DNA of 63,642 nucleotides, counting the filler. It is 5 parts of 5 records of this genome, joined end to end, with 100 filler letters (N's around TTAATTAATTAA, not from the genome) between each part and the next. Parts side by side here need not be neighbours in the genome. Positions count along the whole stretch, not along the records: positions 1 to 5,459 come from SRR20825010_6709; positions 5,560 to 19,395 come from SRR20825010_6715; 3 more parts are not named here. One strand, written 5' to 3'. The notes beneath the pieces are model-generated. The model searched no databases and was not told the origin of the DNA. It saw nothing but the letters and a program-made list of their open reading frames with translations. The position numbers and the translations under genes were made by a program. Shown in pieces: positions 1 to 10,485 of this stretch. Each line of letters starts with the position of its first letter. The stretch's first letter is position 1.

Positions 1-279
1 CTCGACCGGGTTCCTTCAGCCGCGGAACTCCATGCTGTACTCGCCGACCATTACGGCGCGATTGAGGGCGGTGTAGTGAAGGTCGCCCCACTCGCCGCAA
101 TCGAACGCACGGCGGATATCGATCCCGAGACCCACAACGACACCAACACGATGACGCTGCACGTCTTTGCCAACGACGCCCGAGCGCAGGCGCTGCTCAT
201 TGCCGTCTATGACAATCTCGGCAAGGGCGCTTCAGGTGCAGCGGTGCAGAACATGGATCTGATGTTAAAAGGACTTTGA
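1..279 (+). CDS. argC: N-acetyl-gamma-glutamyl-phosphate reductase, C-terminal part (5' truncated)
   Basis: Frame is open from base 1 (LDRVPSAAELHAVLADHY...) and ends with the ArgC signature YDNLGKGASGAAVQNMDLM. Confidence 0.92.
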   Translation, partial: LDRVPSAAELHAVLADHYGAIEGGVVKVAPLAAIERTADIDPETHNDTNTMTLHVFANDARAQALLIAVYDNLGKGASGAAVQNMDLMLKGL

Positions 280-301
280 GCTTCTGCTCATGGCAAGAAT
301 G

Positions 302-331
302 AAGGCGCGCCCCGACAGACGCGCCTTTTTT
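302..331. terminator. Rho-independent terminator between convergent argC and ctaA
   Basis: AAGGCGCG / CGCGCCTT stem followed by a T run. Confidence 0.75.
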
Positions 332-351
332 ATTTGGTCGTTTATCTGAAA

Positions 352-1494
352 TTATACGGCGGCGTAGACCTCGTCCTCGTCACGTTTGCGGTGTGACGGT
401 TCAGGGAGAGGATAAGGCCCCTTGGTCGCGCGCCAGTGAGCGCAGGCGAAGAAAAGCACGACAAGCGCCACCCCCTGATGCGTGAGCGCCACGTCGATGG
501 GCACGACCATGATAAGGGTTATGATGCCGATGGCGGCCTGCGCCAACACCAGAATCCCAAAGAGGATGGTGCGGCGTGCATGTGGCGTCCCCGGTTCCCG
601 CCGGATCACGAACACGATCTGCCAGAGCGCGAGGACCAGAAGCGCATAGGCGCCGAGCCTGTGTACAAATTGCACCATTTTCGGGTTCTCGAAGAAATTG
701 ATCCAGGCCGGCGTCTGCGCAAACAGTCCGCCCGGCACCAGCGCGCCGTCCATCAGCGGCCAGGTGTTGTAGGTCATTCCGGCGCGCAGACCGGCGACAA
801 GACCGCCTAGGTAAATCTGGAACAGCACCGCGATCACCATCCAGCCGGCGAAGCGGCGCACACCTTCCTCCGCCCTGCCGGTGGAGTGCGGCGCAAGGCC
901 ACGAGCGACCAGCGCCGTAGCGGCGAAGATGAGGCAGGCGATGGTGAGGTGCGTGGCAAGCCTGTACTGGCTCACATCGACCCGGTCCACCAGGCCGGAG
1001 GCGACCATCCACCAGCCGACCGCACCCTGCAGGCCACCCAGCGCCAGAATGCCAAGAAGCTTCGGCTTCAGGCTGTTCTCGAGCCGCCCAGTCAACCAGA
1101 AAAAGGCCAACGGCAGCGCAAAAACAAAACCAACACCGCGCGCTAGCAGCCGATGCGCCCACTCCCACCAGAAGATGGTCTTGAAATCATCGAGGCTCAT
1201 GCCCTTGTTGACCTGCTGGTATTCAGGAATCTGGCGGTATTTCTCCAGTTCCTCCTGCCATTCGGCCTCGCTCAGTGGCGGGATGATACCATGAATCGGT
1301 TTCCACTCCGTGATGGAGAGGCCCGATTCCGTCAGCCGGGTCGCTCCGCCGACGATTACCAGGGCGAACAGCGTCAAAAGCACAAAATAAAGCCAGAAGC
1401 GCACGAATTTGCGGTTGCGCAAAAGAGTCTCCTGCGAGACATCTGCCCTTGCAGCACTGGAAGCGGTCATATCCACAGCGTCAGCCATCGTCAT
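352..1494 (-). CDS. ctaA: Heme A synthase (COX15/CtaA)
   Basis: [34 protein letters not shown] and QFVHR motifs, with many TM helices. Start placed at ATG 1494; 1488 is also possible. Confidence 0.93.
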   Translation of the reverse strand: MTMADAVDMTASSAARADVSQETLLRNRKFVRFWLYFVLLTLFALVIVGGATRLTESGLSITEWKPIHGIIPPLSEAEWQEELEKYRQIPEYQQVNKGMSLDDFKTIFWWEWAHRLLARGVGFVFALPLAFFWLTGRLENSLKPKLLGILALGGLQGAVGWWMVASGLVDRVDVSQYRLATHLTIACLIFAATALVARGLAPHSTGRAEEGVRRFAGWMVIAVLFQIYLGGLVAGLRAGMTYNTWPLMDGALVPGGLFAQTPAWINFFENPKMVQFVHRLGAYALLVLALWQIVFVIRREPGTPHARRTILFGILVLAQAAIGIITLIMVVPIDVALTHQGVALVVLFFACAHWRATKGPYPLPEPSHRKRDEDEVYAAV

Positions 1495-1637
1495 TTTGGA
1501 AGTTGACCGTTGGTGAACCAAAGCCCTCTGACTTGCAAGTCGAACCACCCTTTGCGCGACAAGCCGTCGCGCCACGTCAGTTGCGTGATTGCATCCCCTC
1601 TTCCCGCGCTCTATGAGACGAGCAAAAGGTGTTTGTC

Positions 1638-1853
1638 ATGCCCGTACGTCTGCGAAAATTCATTGGCATGGTCGCGCTCGTCGCGCTTGTAGCCATTTAC
1701 GCCATCTTATCGACCGCGATTGCTGTCGCTCAGTTGGCTCAGTCAGGCCCATTGATCCACCTTGCCTATTTCTTCCTGACCGGACTGCTCTGGACCATCC
1801 CGGCCATGTTCATCATCCGCTGGATGATCGGCAAGCCCGAGCGCGACGCCTGA
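1638..1853 (+). CDS. DUF2842-like small membrane protein
   Basis: MPVRLRKFIG...YFFLTGLLWTIPAMFIIRWM, two TM segments, usual neighbour of ctaA in Rhizobiales. Confidence 0.8.
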   Translation: MPVRLRKFIGMVALVALVAIYAILSTAIAVAQLAQSGPLIHLAYFFLTGLLWTIPAMFIIRWMIGKPERDA

Positions 1854-1934
1854 ACCGTCGATTATTCCTTCACCTTTTATCGCTACACAGAAACGGCGCT
1901 GCCGGAAAGGCGGCTTCGATGACAGCGATGGAAG

Positions 1935-3119
1935 ATGACGTTTGCCAGGCAGCCAGAGCGTGTTCCTCCCGCCGGCATGAAAGGCGGGAATGGTCTCAGC
2001 GTTGAAGTGTGCGATGCCAGCGCTGCGGTTCTGCAGCGCTACCGCGAGGACTGCGCCGAGGCCTGCTTCATGCCCGCCCAAAGCCCCGACTGGGTGTCAG
2101 CGTGGACCAGACACACGCCTCATCCTTCAATCATCGTGCGCCTTTGCGACGGGCAGGGACACTTGCTGAGCCTTGCGCTCGAGGTCGTTCAGAAGGGCCG
2201 CTTTCGCATCGCCCGTTTCATAGGCGACCGTCACGCCAACGGTAATTTTCCCGCCCTTCACGTTCGGCTTCGCGACGGTTTTCCCAAAACACATCTCACC
2301 GCGCTGCGCGATGGCATCCGGCAAGCCCGGCCGGAGATCGACGTTCTGGTTCTCGAACGACAACTGCGTGAGTGCGCCGGTCAGGACAATCCCCTGCTGG
2401 GCTGGCCGCATAGCGACAGTCCCAATGTCTCGCTTGCGGTCAACCTGGACGGGGGCTTTGATGCGGTGCTCGCGCGTTCCAGTGGCAAGCGGAAGCGAAA
2501 GCAGCATCGCTCTCAGGCACGTAAACTGGAGGCTGCCGGTAAGGTGGAGCGCCGTCTCGCCCGTTCACGCGCCGAAGCTGAAGTGATGCTTAACGCCTTC
2601 TTTGACATGAAGGCGCACCGCTTCGCCCAGATGGGCATTCAGAATGTTTTTGCACCTGACGCGGTGAAAAACGCGTTTCGCACACTGTTTGGTGATGCGG
2701 CTGAGACGCAAGATCCGCGCTTTGTGCTTCACGGGCTTGAAGTGGCCGGAAAACTCCGTGCCGTAACAGGCTCAAGCCGCACGGGCGATCGCCTAGTCTG
2801 CGAGTTCAGTTCAATCGCGGACGATGAACTGACCGATGCCAGCCCCGGCCGTTTCCTCTTCTATGAGAACATTCAGGAAGCGTGTTCGGAAGGGCTGAAA
2901 ATCTATGATTTCAGCGTTGGCGACGAGTACTACAAACGTCTGTGGTGCGATCTGGAAACCATCCAGTTCGACACATTCGTTCCGCTTACCGGGAAGGGCC
3001 GCGTCCTGGCCTCCGGACTGTCCGCTGCCGCGCGCGCCAAGCATCTGATCAACAACAATCCCAGGCTCTGGCGGCTGGCAAATGCACTGCGGCGCCAGCT
3101 TGGCTCAGCACATCGCTGA
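1935..3119 (+). CDS. GNAT acetyltransferase, CelD/BcsL family (polysaccharide modification)
   Basis: QSPDWVSAW, SPGRFLF and YDFSVGDEYYKRLW motifs. Confidence 0.85.
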   Translation: MTFARQPERVPPAGMKGGNGLSVEVCDASAAVLQRYREDCAEACFMPAQSPDWVSAWTRHTPHPSIIVRLCDGQGHLLSLALEVVQKGRFRIARFIGDRHANGNFPALHVRLRDGFPKTHLTALRDGIRQARPEIDVLVLERQLRECAGQDNPLLGWPHSDSPNVSLAVNLDGGFDAVLARSSGKRKRKQHRSQARKLEAAGKVERRLARSRAEAEVMLNAFFDMKAHRFAQMGIQNVFAPDAVKNAFRTLFGDAAETQDPRFVLHGLEVAGKLRAVTGSSRTGDRLVCEFSSIADDELTDASPGRFLFYENIQEACSEGLKIYDFSVGDEYYKRLWCDLETIQFDTFVPLTGKGRVLASGLSAAARAKHLINNNPRLWRLANALRRQLGSAHR

Positions 3120-3134
3120 GCCTCGCCGAGAGGA

Positions 3135-5303
3135 TCAGGCCGCGTCGCGCCCGGGAGGCGCAGGCGGCATGCTGTAGCCGGCAGGTGAAACCAGGATTGG
3201 CGCGTCGACTCCGCTGTCGCGGAGTTCGTCCAGCATCTCCAGAACGAGATCGCCTTCGTCCGGGTCGATCATGCTGACAAGCACTTCCGTATCGGACGAG
3301 AGCAGACGACGGATCGCCTGCGCATCCGTCGGCCCGCATTCGACGATGACGACATCGTAGGCGGCCGACAATGATTCCATGATGATGGGCAACCGGTCCG
3401 CCGCGCGCATGGCGCGCTGCGGGTCAGCCGTGCCGACGGGAATGATATGGCACTCCGAAAAGAGATCCGTATGGATCACGTCGGCAAACTGCGATTCGGA
3501 AGCGAGAAGGTTGGTGATCCCGGCATAGGCGACACTTTCAAGCATCGGCAAAGAGGCAGCGCCCGAAGCAGTGAGATCGAGAAGCAGAACGCGCAGGCCG
3601 GAATCGGCCACATCCCGCGCGACCAAAACCGATGCCGCGGCAGCCTCATCGCCTTCGGGAGAGATAAACAATGCGCGCGTTGCGCCGCCGGTCACCAGTC
3701 TTTCGGATGCCTGTTCGATGTCGATCTCACCGTAGCGTGCCACGCGCTTCCGCTCATGCTGCTCTTCCGGTTCTGGGAGGGGAGCGGAAACCACTTTTCT
3801 GGCAGGTGGCGCTTTCGGAGCCTGCGGCTTTGGCATATCGACCTCGACCAATGGCTCAGCACGCGGCATTCGTGCGGTCGCAGGCACCGGAGCAGCAACA
3901 CCGGCGGTCGGGCGCATGGCGCGACCACTAAACAGCTCCTGCAGCAATGTGATGATGGCCATGATCAGCAGCGAGGCGACAAAGGCGGCAACCGTGATCG
4001 GCATGATTTTCGGGAAATATGGCTCGCTTGGCGTGATGGCACGCGAAAAGATCCGGACATCCGCGGGCAGATAATTGCGGTCGCTGCGAGACGCCGCCTC
4101 ACGATAGCGTGTCAGATAGGATTCGAGCAGTTCGCGCTGCGCCGTGGCTTCCCGCTCCAGTGCGCGAAGTTCCACCTGTTCTTCTTCAGCAACAGCAGAC
4201 GCTGCCTTCAGACGATTGAGTTCGGCCGTCAGTTCTTCCTCGCGCCGTTGCGCCGTTGCGGCTTCGGCCTCGAAACCAGCCAGCACCTTGTTGGCCTCGC
4301 TCCTGATCTGTGCGTCGAAATCGGCGAGTTGCGAACGCAGGGCGCGAATGCGTGGATGATTGCCAAGCAACGTCGTGGAAAGGTCGGCGATTTGCGCGTT
4401 GAGTTCCACCTGACGTTCACGCAAGCGCTGAATAAGCGGCGATGCCATGACTTCAGGCAGGGTTTCTACGGGAGCGCCACTTTCCAGTGCGCTGCGCACG
4501 GAATCTGCCTGCGCTGTCGCCGCGGAACGATTGGCGCGGGTGCGAGACAGCTCGCTAGACAGTTCAGCAAGCTGCTGCGTGGCCAGCACGGTGTTGTTCT
4601 GACCGAGCAGGAGATCGGACTGCGCCCGGTACTCTGCGACACGGGCTTCGGCTTCTTTCACGCGCTCGCGCAGATCCTGGATTTCCGGTTCCAGCCACTG
4701 GGTCGCACTGGTGTTCGACTGAAGCTTCGCTTCGCTCTGCATCGCGACGTAGGCGTCTGCCACAGCGTTCGGAATTTCAGCCGCAAGCTTGGGATCCTCA
4801 GAAGAAAACTCGATAACAATGACGCGTGAGTTCTCGACCCGGTAGACGGTGAGGCGCTCGCGGAACGCGCGTAGAACCTTTTCTTCCTGTGTTCCTTCGA
4901 CCGGAGCGCTCTTGATGCCCGCCATCACGAGCAAGCCGGACAGAAAGGAACCCCCGCCGCCTTCAAACTCGCCGCGATTGGCAAGATTGTATTGCTCGGC
5001 GACGCTGGTGAGGATTTCGGTGGAGGTGATGAGTTCCACCTGGCTTGCCACGCCCTCCCCGTCAAGAATTGGCCGGTCTCCATCGTTCACGCCCTGCGGG
5101 CGCGTGTATACGGATTCGCGGGTCTCAATCAGAAGCCGCGTCTGGGAGCGGTATTGCGGTGTGACGGTATAGGTAACGGCAAAAACCAGTCCGGTGATGA
5201 CAAGCGCGGCGAAGAGAATGCGCGGCCATTTGCGCCGGACACCGGCAAAAAGCCGGCTCAGGTCCACATCCACGTCACCATGCGCGATCTGATCGCTGTT
5301 CAT
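3135..5303 (-). CDS. Polysaccharide co-polymerase, ExoP/GumC/Wzc-like, with degenerate kinase domain
   Basis: N-terminal TM, long coiled coil with HPRIRAL, PSEPYFPK plus second TM, and a C-terminal CpsD-like domain lacking a canonical Walker A. GGGAG RBS precedes ATG 5303. Confidence 0.88.
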   Translation of the reverse strand: MNSDQIAHGDVDVDLSRLFAGVRRKWPRILFAALVITGLVFAVTYTVTPQYRSQTRLLIETRESVYTRPQGVNDGDRPILDGEGVASQVELITSTEILTSVAEQYNLANRGEFEGGGGSFLSGLLVMAGIKSAPVEGTQEEKVLRAFRERLTVYRVENSRVIVIEFSSEDPKLAAEIPNAVADAYVAMQSEAKLQSNTSATQWLEPEIQDLRERVKEAEARVAEYRAQSDLLLGQNNTVLATQQLAELSSELSRTRANRSAATAQADSVRSALESGAPVETLPEVMASPLIQRLRERQVELNAQIADLSTTLLGNHPRIRALRSQLADFDAQIRSEANKVLAGFEAEAATAQRREEELTAELNRLKAASAVAEEEQVELRALEREATAQRELLESYLTRYREAASRSDRNYLPADVRIFSRAITPSEPYFPKIMPITVAAFVASLLIMAIITLLQELFSGRAMRPTAGVAAPVPATARMPRAEPLVEVDMPKPQAPKAPPARKVVSAPLPEPEEQHERKRVARYGEIDIEQASERLVTGGATRALFISPEGDEAAAASVLVARDVADSGLRVLLLDLTASGAASLPMLESVAYAGITNLLASESQFADVIHTDLFSECHIIPVGTADPQRAMRAADRLPIIMESLSAAYDVVIVECGPTDAQAIRRLLSSDTEVLVSMIDPDEGDLVLEMLDELRDSGVDAPILVSPAGYSMPPAPPGRDAA

Positions 5304-5459
5304 CCAGTTGGCTCCCAATCTGCTTGCCGCCAAGGTAAACGGGCATAGTAACCAGCCGGTTAAAGCTGCGCGTCAGCCGTTCAAGGGCAAACGCATGCGC
5401 GTTATGGGGGTATAAGGCGCAGCTTTACCCGACATTAACCCTAACGGATGGATAAAACG

Positions 5460-5559
5460 NNNNNNNNNNNNNNNNNNNNNNNNNNNNNNNNNNNNNNNNN
5501 NNNTTAATTAATTAANNNNNNNNNNNNNNNNNNNNNNNNNNNNNNNNNNNNNNNNNNNN
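5460..5559. other. Artificial contig spacer
   Basis: 100-nt N run containing TTAATTAATTAA; composition and apparent taxon change across it. Confidence 0.98.
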
Positions 5560-6108
5560 CCTTAGTTCATTGCGAAGGCGAAACTGCATGGCCAAAGCCA
5601 GTTCAACACCGCCAGCACCACCACCCACCACAGCAATGGTGGTTTTTCCCGCATGGGTTTTTACCCGCTCCAGCAAGCTGACCCAGCGTTCATTGAACTT
5701 CGCAATCGGTTTGACTGGCACTGCATTTTCCAGGGCGCCGGGTACCAGTTGCACCTGCGGCGTGCTGCCAATGTTGATGGACAGCGCGTCGTAAGCCACA
5801 GGCGGGCGGTTCTTGCAAATTACCTTTTGATTGGCACGGTCAATGCCCACCACTTCGTCTTTGAACAAGCGGGCACCCGCAAAGGCGCACAGCCGGCCCA
5901 AGTCGATGTGTACGTCGTCGTAGCTGTAGTGGCCAGCAATGTAACCGGGCAGCATGCCGGAATAGGGCGTGTGAATGTCGGTGCAAATCAGCGTTAATCG
6001 CACGCCAGGCCAGGGTTTCATGCCAAACATGCGCAGCACACCCACATGGCTGTGGCCACCGCCCACCAGCACAATGTCGCGAAGGATGGGTTGATCAGAT
6101 GTTTGCAT
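5560..6108 (-). CDS. Pyridine nucleotide-disulfide oxidoreductase of the type fused N-terminally to SelD (probable selenide, water dikinase fusion; 3' truncated)
   Basis: DIVLVGGGHSH, TPYSGMLPGYIAGHY and VVGGGAGGVEL motifs; overlaps the senB stop. The SelD domain itself is not visible because the contig ends. Confidence 0.82.
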
Positions 6109-7162
6109 GATGTACTTCTATTTCAGAATTGTTGTTCGATGTGGCTCGTTGTACGAGTCGAATTAACTGGTTTTGTTCGTTTTCCGGGGCAAATAATTTT
6201 GCCCGCTCGGCGCACTGGTTCTTCAGCTTGGTGTACAAACTAGCCTTACCCGGTGGCAAGGGTTTCGGATTCACAATGTCTTCCTGCAATTGCGTCAGCA
6301 CATTGGCCAGTGCATGTGAATTGCCCAGTGGAAAGTAACCGGGGTAGCCAGCGCCCAGCATGCCGATGTTGCCATCAATGTAGCTGGCCACAACCGGGGT
6401 GCCGCTGCACACCGCTTCCATGATCACATGCGCACCGCCTTCCATTTTGCTGGCATGTACCAGCACATGTGCACGTTGAATGCGTGTGCGGGTGGCGCCG
6501 TGCGGCTGGTTGCCCAGCCACCGGTAGTTAGGGCATGCCTGCATGGTTTCTTCGGCGGCCTGTGCCAGTTCGGTATCCAGTGGCCCACCAATGTGGTCGA
6601 TGTAAATGTCGCCATAACCGCGCAGCAGCACTGCTGCTTCCATCAGGGTTTGGGGCATTTTCTCATCTCGCAGGTGGCCCACCATCACTACCTTCAAGCG
6701 GCGCTTGGCCTTGGTCAACGTTTTGCGCGACGTGGTGGATTGAAAGATAACGGTAGTTTTGGCCTGCAGGGTTTCGCTAAGTTTCTCGACCCCTTTTTCT
6801 TGCAACACAATCAAATGTTGCGCCAGTTCAAGTGACTTTTGCGCAGTTTCGTCAGTTTCAATGTCGCGGTACAGGTCGGTGCCGGTCAGCGCCAGTATCA
6901 AGCCGGGACTTCCTTGACCTTCAACACCCCGGCTTTGCGCCCAGGCTGCGATTGAATCGGCCGAACGCCGTGCGTGCAGTGCGACCATGGCCACATCGCG
7001 CTCGGTGGCGGGCGTGTTTCCCCACTGTTTAACAATGCGAACATCAAATGAATTGGACAGAAACTGTTGCCAGCGGCGGGCGGTTTGCCAGTTGCCGTTG
7101 TTGGAATCAGCCAAGGCGGGGCTTACGATGACAATGGATGGTTTAATCAAGACAACAGCCAC
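6095..7162 (-). CDS. senB: Selenoneine biosynthesis selenosugar synthase SenB (GT4-like)
   Basis: IVSPALADSNNGNWQTARRW, ALHARRSA, LTGTDLYRD, VGHLRDEK and SKMEGGAHVIMEA motifs; coupled to the SelD-associated gene. Confidence 0.9.
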   Translation of the reverse strand: MAVVLIKPSIVIVSPALADSNNGNWQTARRWQQFLSNSFDVRIVKQWGNTPATERDVAMVALHARRSADSIAAWAQSRGVEGQGSPGLILALTGTDLYRDIETDETAQKSLELAQHLIVLQEKGVEKLSETLQAKTTVIFQSTTSRKTLTKAKRRLKVVMVGHLRDEKMPQTLMEAAVLLRGYGDIYIDHIGGPLDTELAQAAEETMQACPNYRWLGNQPHGATRTRIQRAHVLVHASKMEGGAHVIMEAVCSGTPVVASYIDGNIGMLGAGYPGYFPLGNSHALANVLTQLQEDIVNPKPLPPGKASLYTKLKNQCAERAKLFAPENEQNQLIRLVQRATSNNNSEIEVHHANI

Positions 7163-7266
7163 TTAAATTGAAAGGAACGGTTCGGGGTGCAAAGCACCCA
7201 AGGTGGTACACTGCGAGCCTAAAGCAGTTTACACGATCCAACCCGCCCTTCACCGCGAGAACCCGC

Positions 7267-8460
7267 ATGCAATCAGCCCAAGAAACCCCTGTAATTCAAT
7301 GGACCAAGGGCGATGAAACCTTCAGTGCGCGCTGGCAATCAGAACGAAACCTGGCTGTGCCCGGCAAGGTGATGCTGGCCGACGACACACTGACAGCCGA
7401 CATGGCCTATCGCCTGGCTTGCGAAGGTACTGTGTTTCTGTGGCAAAGCGATTTCCAGAATGCCCGCCAGTTGATGCAGGCTTTGGTTCGCCGGGTGGAC
7501 AAGAACGCAGAACACAAGAAAGGCAAAGCTGCCAAGTCTGGCAAGGACAATGTGGAGTACCCGCAGAAATTTCACCTGTACCGGCAGGCACAAGCCCAGC
7601 GCGCGCGTATTTTGGGTTCAATCCTGATCCCCTTCAATGCCGATTACAGCATTTCGCTGCGCCGTGCTCCCGATGTGTTGGCTGCCTGTTCCGAAGCCTG
7701 GGGCGAGCCGCAAGCCGATGGCCCAATGATCGTGACCTCGCTGCGTGAAATGATGGGTGTGGTGGGTGCGCATGAATGGCGCAAAAAGGGTGTGGAAGTT
7801 TCCGCGCTGGGCGATCCCCCAAGCAACCGCATTCATCCGTATTACGGCGTGTTTTCGCCGGTGCGGGGTGAATATGTTGATTTGGTGTTGAAAGCGCCCT
7901 TGCCCAAGGCCTGCGAGGTTAACGGTTCAGCAGTCGATGTGGGCACGGGCACTGGTGTGTTGGCCGCGGTGCTGGCCCAGCGCTGGTTGAGCAATATTGT
8001 GGCCACCGACAACGACCCACGTGCACTGGAATGTGCCCGGTTCAACATTCAAAACCTTGGCATGGCCAAGCAGGTGGCGGTGGTACAGGCTGACCTGTTT
8101 CCAGAAAACAAAGCCGACTTGATTGTGTGCAACCCACCCTGGTTGCCGGGCAAGCCCACTTCACCGATTGAACGTGCCATTTACGATGAAAACAGCGGCA
8201 TGCTGAAAGCGTACCTGGCAGGTTTGGCGGTGCATTTAAATGCGGGCGGCGAAGGGTGGCTGATATTGTCTGATTTGGCTGAACACCTGAAACTGCGCAC
8301 GCGTGAAGAATTGCTGGGCTGGATCGAGCTGGCAGGTTTGAAAGTGCTTGCTCGAATTGATGCCAAGCCAAAACACGGCAAGGCGTTTGATGCCAATGAT
8401 GCCCTGTTTGACGCACGGTCTAAGGAAGTGACCAGTTTGTGGCGACTTGCTGCGGTTTGA
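7267..8460 (+). CDS. Class I SAM-dependent methyltransferase (MTS/HemK-like)
   Basis: DVGTGTG SAM-binding motif, CNPPW, and IHPYYGVFSPVRGEY. Confidence 0.85.
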   Translation: MQSAQETPVIQWTKGDETFSARWQSERNLAVPGKVMLADDTLTADMAYRLACEGTVFLWQSDFQNARQLMQALVRRVDKNAEHKKGKAAKSGKDNVEYPQKFHLYRQAQAQRARILGSILIPFNADYSISLRRAPDVLAACSEAWGEPQADGPMIVTSLREMMGVVGAHEWRKKGVEVSALGDPPSNRIHPYYGVFSPVRGEYVDLVLKAPLPKACEVNGSAVDVGTGTGVLAAVLAQRWLSNIVATDNDPRALECARFNIQNLGMAKQVAVVQADLFPENKADLIVCNPPWLPGKPTSPIERAIYDENSGMLKAYLAGLAVHLNAGGEGWLILSDLAEHLKLRTREELLGWIELAGLKVLARIDAKPKHGKAFDANDALFDARSKEVTSLWRLAAV

Positions 8461-8505
8461 ATGTAGTGCAGTGCGGAATCAAGTAACCCACTGCCGAGCA
8501 GGCGC

Positions 8506-9477
8506 TTAAGCTTTCGCCCAAAACACCGCAAATTTCTGCTCAGGGTCGGTGTACGCCTTGCACGCTACAAACCCGGCCCGTGTCAGCAAATCCTCAAACC
8601 CGGTCAGGGTCCACTTGTAGGAATTCTCGGTGTGAATGCGCTCGCCTTCTACAAACGGCCGTTCGCCGCCGTCCCACGTCACCACCACATCCCGCAGTGC
8701 TTCAAGGTGCATTTCAATGCGGTTCAATTCCGTGTTGTACAGGCCAATGTGCTTCCAGTCTTCCAGTTTGAAGTTGGTGCCAGCCAGCGTGTTGAAGTGC
8801 AGCAGCATGTTGCGGTTAAACGCCGCTGTAACACCTAGCGCATCGTCGTATGCAGCTTCCAGCACAGCTTTGCTTTTCACCAGGTCAACGCCGATCAACA
8901 GGCCGCCCCCTTCAGTGTTCGCGCACACGCCGTGCACCTGCTTCAAAAACAGCAGTGCTTCTTCGGGCGTGAAATTGCCGATGCTGGAACCGGGATAGAA
9001 CATCACCCGTGGCTGGGCCGGGTTCAGCGCCAGGCTTGCGGGCAGGCTCAGTTCACTGGAAAAGTCCATGCCCACGCCTGCCATTTCCAGTTCCGGGAAC
9101 TGGCGCTGCAGACATTCCAGCGCGCCTTTCAAAAAATCCACTGAAATGTCGACCGCAATGTATCGCTTGGGCTGAAACACGCTGAACAGTTTTGCTGCCT
9201 TTTCGCAGTTGCCAGCTCCCAAGTCGATGAACGCCGACCCGGTGGCCACATGTTTGGCCATGTCGTGACCATGCATGCTGAAAACAAGCGCTTCGGTGCG
9301 GGTGGGGTAGTACTCGGGAATGCAGGTAATGGCTTCGAATAACTTCGACCCCAGCTCGTCGTACAGATACTTGGGCGAGGTGTGCGCCTTGGTGGCGCGC
9401 AAACCGCTCAGCAATTCTTCGCGAATGTGCTCGGTCTGGCCTTGGTAAATCTGGATGAACTGTGGGGTGGGTGTCAT
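8506..9477 (-). CDS. egtD: L-histidine N-alpha-methyltransferase
   Basis: SPKYLYDELGSKLFEAIT..PEYYPTRTE, PGSSIGNF, AYDDALGVTAAFN and IHTENSYK. Confidence 0.94.
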   Translation of the reverse strand: MTPTPQFIQIYQGQTEHIREELLSGLRATKAHTSPKYLYDELGSKLFEAITCIPEYYPTRTEALVFSMHGHDMAKHVATGSAFIDLGAGNCEKAAKLFSVFQPKRYIAVDISVDFLKGALECLQRQFPELEMAGVGMDFSSELSLPASLALNPAQPRVMFYPGSSIGNFTPEEALLFLKQVHGVCANTEGGGLLIGVDLVKSKAVLEAAYDDALGVTAAFNRNMLLHFNTLAGTNFKLEDWKHIGLYNTELNRIEMHLEALRDVVVTWDGGERPFVEGERIHTENSYKWTLTGFEDLLTRAGFVACKAYTDPEQKFAVFWAKA

Positions 9478-9615
9478 ATTTCGTCAGCGTAATAATGAAA
9501 TGGGCAGTAATCAAAAAGCTGCCACGAGTCTACACAAGGATTGTGCCTTATTTTCTCACCTATACTTAAATTCCCGTCATCTGGCGACGGTGTTTTAACG
9601 AACAAGGAGCTTAAA

Positions 9616-10485
9616 ATGATCAGCTTTTCCCCTTCCCGTACTTTTAAATGTTTGATGACTTGCGCCATGATCGGCTTGGCCGGATTAGCGCATGCGGAAC
9701 AGGTGTTCAGAGTCACCGCCATACCGGACGAATCCCCCACCGAACTGGCCCGCAAGGCCGCGCCCTTGATGAAATACCTCTCTGACAAACTCGGCATGAA
9801 AGTCGAGTACACACCCGTAACGGATTACGCCGCCTCTGTCGAAGCGCTGGCGAACAAACAAGTGGACATGGCCTGGTTTGGCGGTTTCACGTTTGTTCAG
9901 GCCAATGTACGCTCCAATGGCCAGGTGATCCCGCTGATTCAACGTGCTGAAGACGAGCAATTCAAGTCGGTCTTCATCACCAACAACCCCAAGGTAAAGT
10001 CGTTGAGCGACCTCAAAGGCAAAAGCGTTGCCTTCGGGTCGCCTTCCAGCACCTCCGGGCACTTGATGCCCCGCAGCTACCTGAACACCGTGGTCAAAAT
10101 TGACCCGGACAAAGATTTCAAACGTGTGTCGTTTTCTGGCGCGCACGATGCCACCATTGCCGCTGTGGCCGCTGGCAAAGTGGATGCAGGCGCATTGAAC
10201 ATTTCTGTGTGGGAAAAGTTTGTTGCAGATAAAAAAGTAGACCCTGCCAAGGTGCGCGTGATTTACACCACCCCGGCGTATTACGATTACAACTGGACCG
10301 TACACAGCGGTGTGCCAGCGGAAACCCGCAAGAAGATTGTGGACGCTTTCCTGTCGCTGGATCCGTCAACGCCCCAGGGCAAGGAAATTCTTGAATTGCA
10401 ACGCGCAACCAAATTCATTCCCACCAAAGTGGATAACTATGCCGGCATTGAAAGCGCCGCACGTGCGGCGGGCCTGCTGAAGTGA
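9616..10485 (+). CDS. PhnD-family substrate-binding protein, putative selenate-binding clade
   Basis: AAGGAG RBS, signal peptide, AIPDESPTEL, AWFGGFT, STSGHLMPR and SGAHDAT; selenium gene context. Confidence 0.85.
   Translation: MISFSPSRTFKCLMTCAMIGLAGLAHAEQVFRVTAIPDESPTELARKAAPLMKYLSDKLGMKVEYTPVTDYAASVEALANKQVDMAWFGGFTFVQANVRSNGQVIPLIQRAEDEQFKSVFITNNPKVKSLSDLKGKSVAFGSPSSTSGHLMPRSYLNTVVKIDPDKDFKRVSFSGAHDATIAAVAAGKVDAGALNISVWEKFVADKKVDPAKVRVIYTTPAYYDYNWTVHSGVPAETRKKIVDAFLSLDPSTPQGKEILELQRATKFIPTKVDNYAGIESAARAAGLLK

Noticed and set aside
3447-4829. Long antisense ORFs (also 14058-14951, 18039-19358, 55020-55817, 59258-60238, 61483-62574)
   Set aside because: They are shadows of well-supported genes on the opposite strand and have no recognisable motifs.
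5504-5515. Recurrent TTAATTAATTAA motif as a biological repeat
   Set aside because: It is an all-frame stop linker inside assembly spacers.
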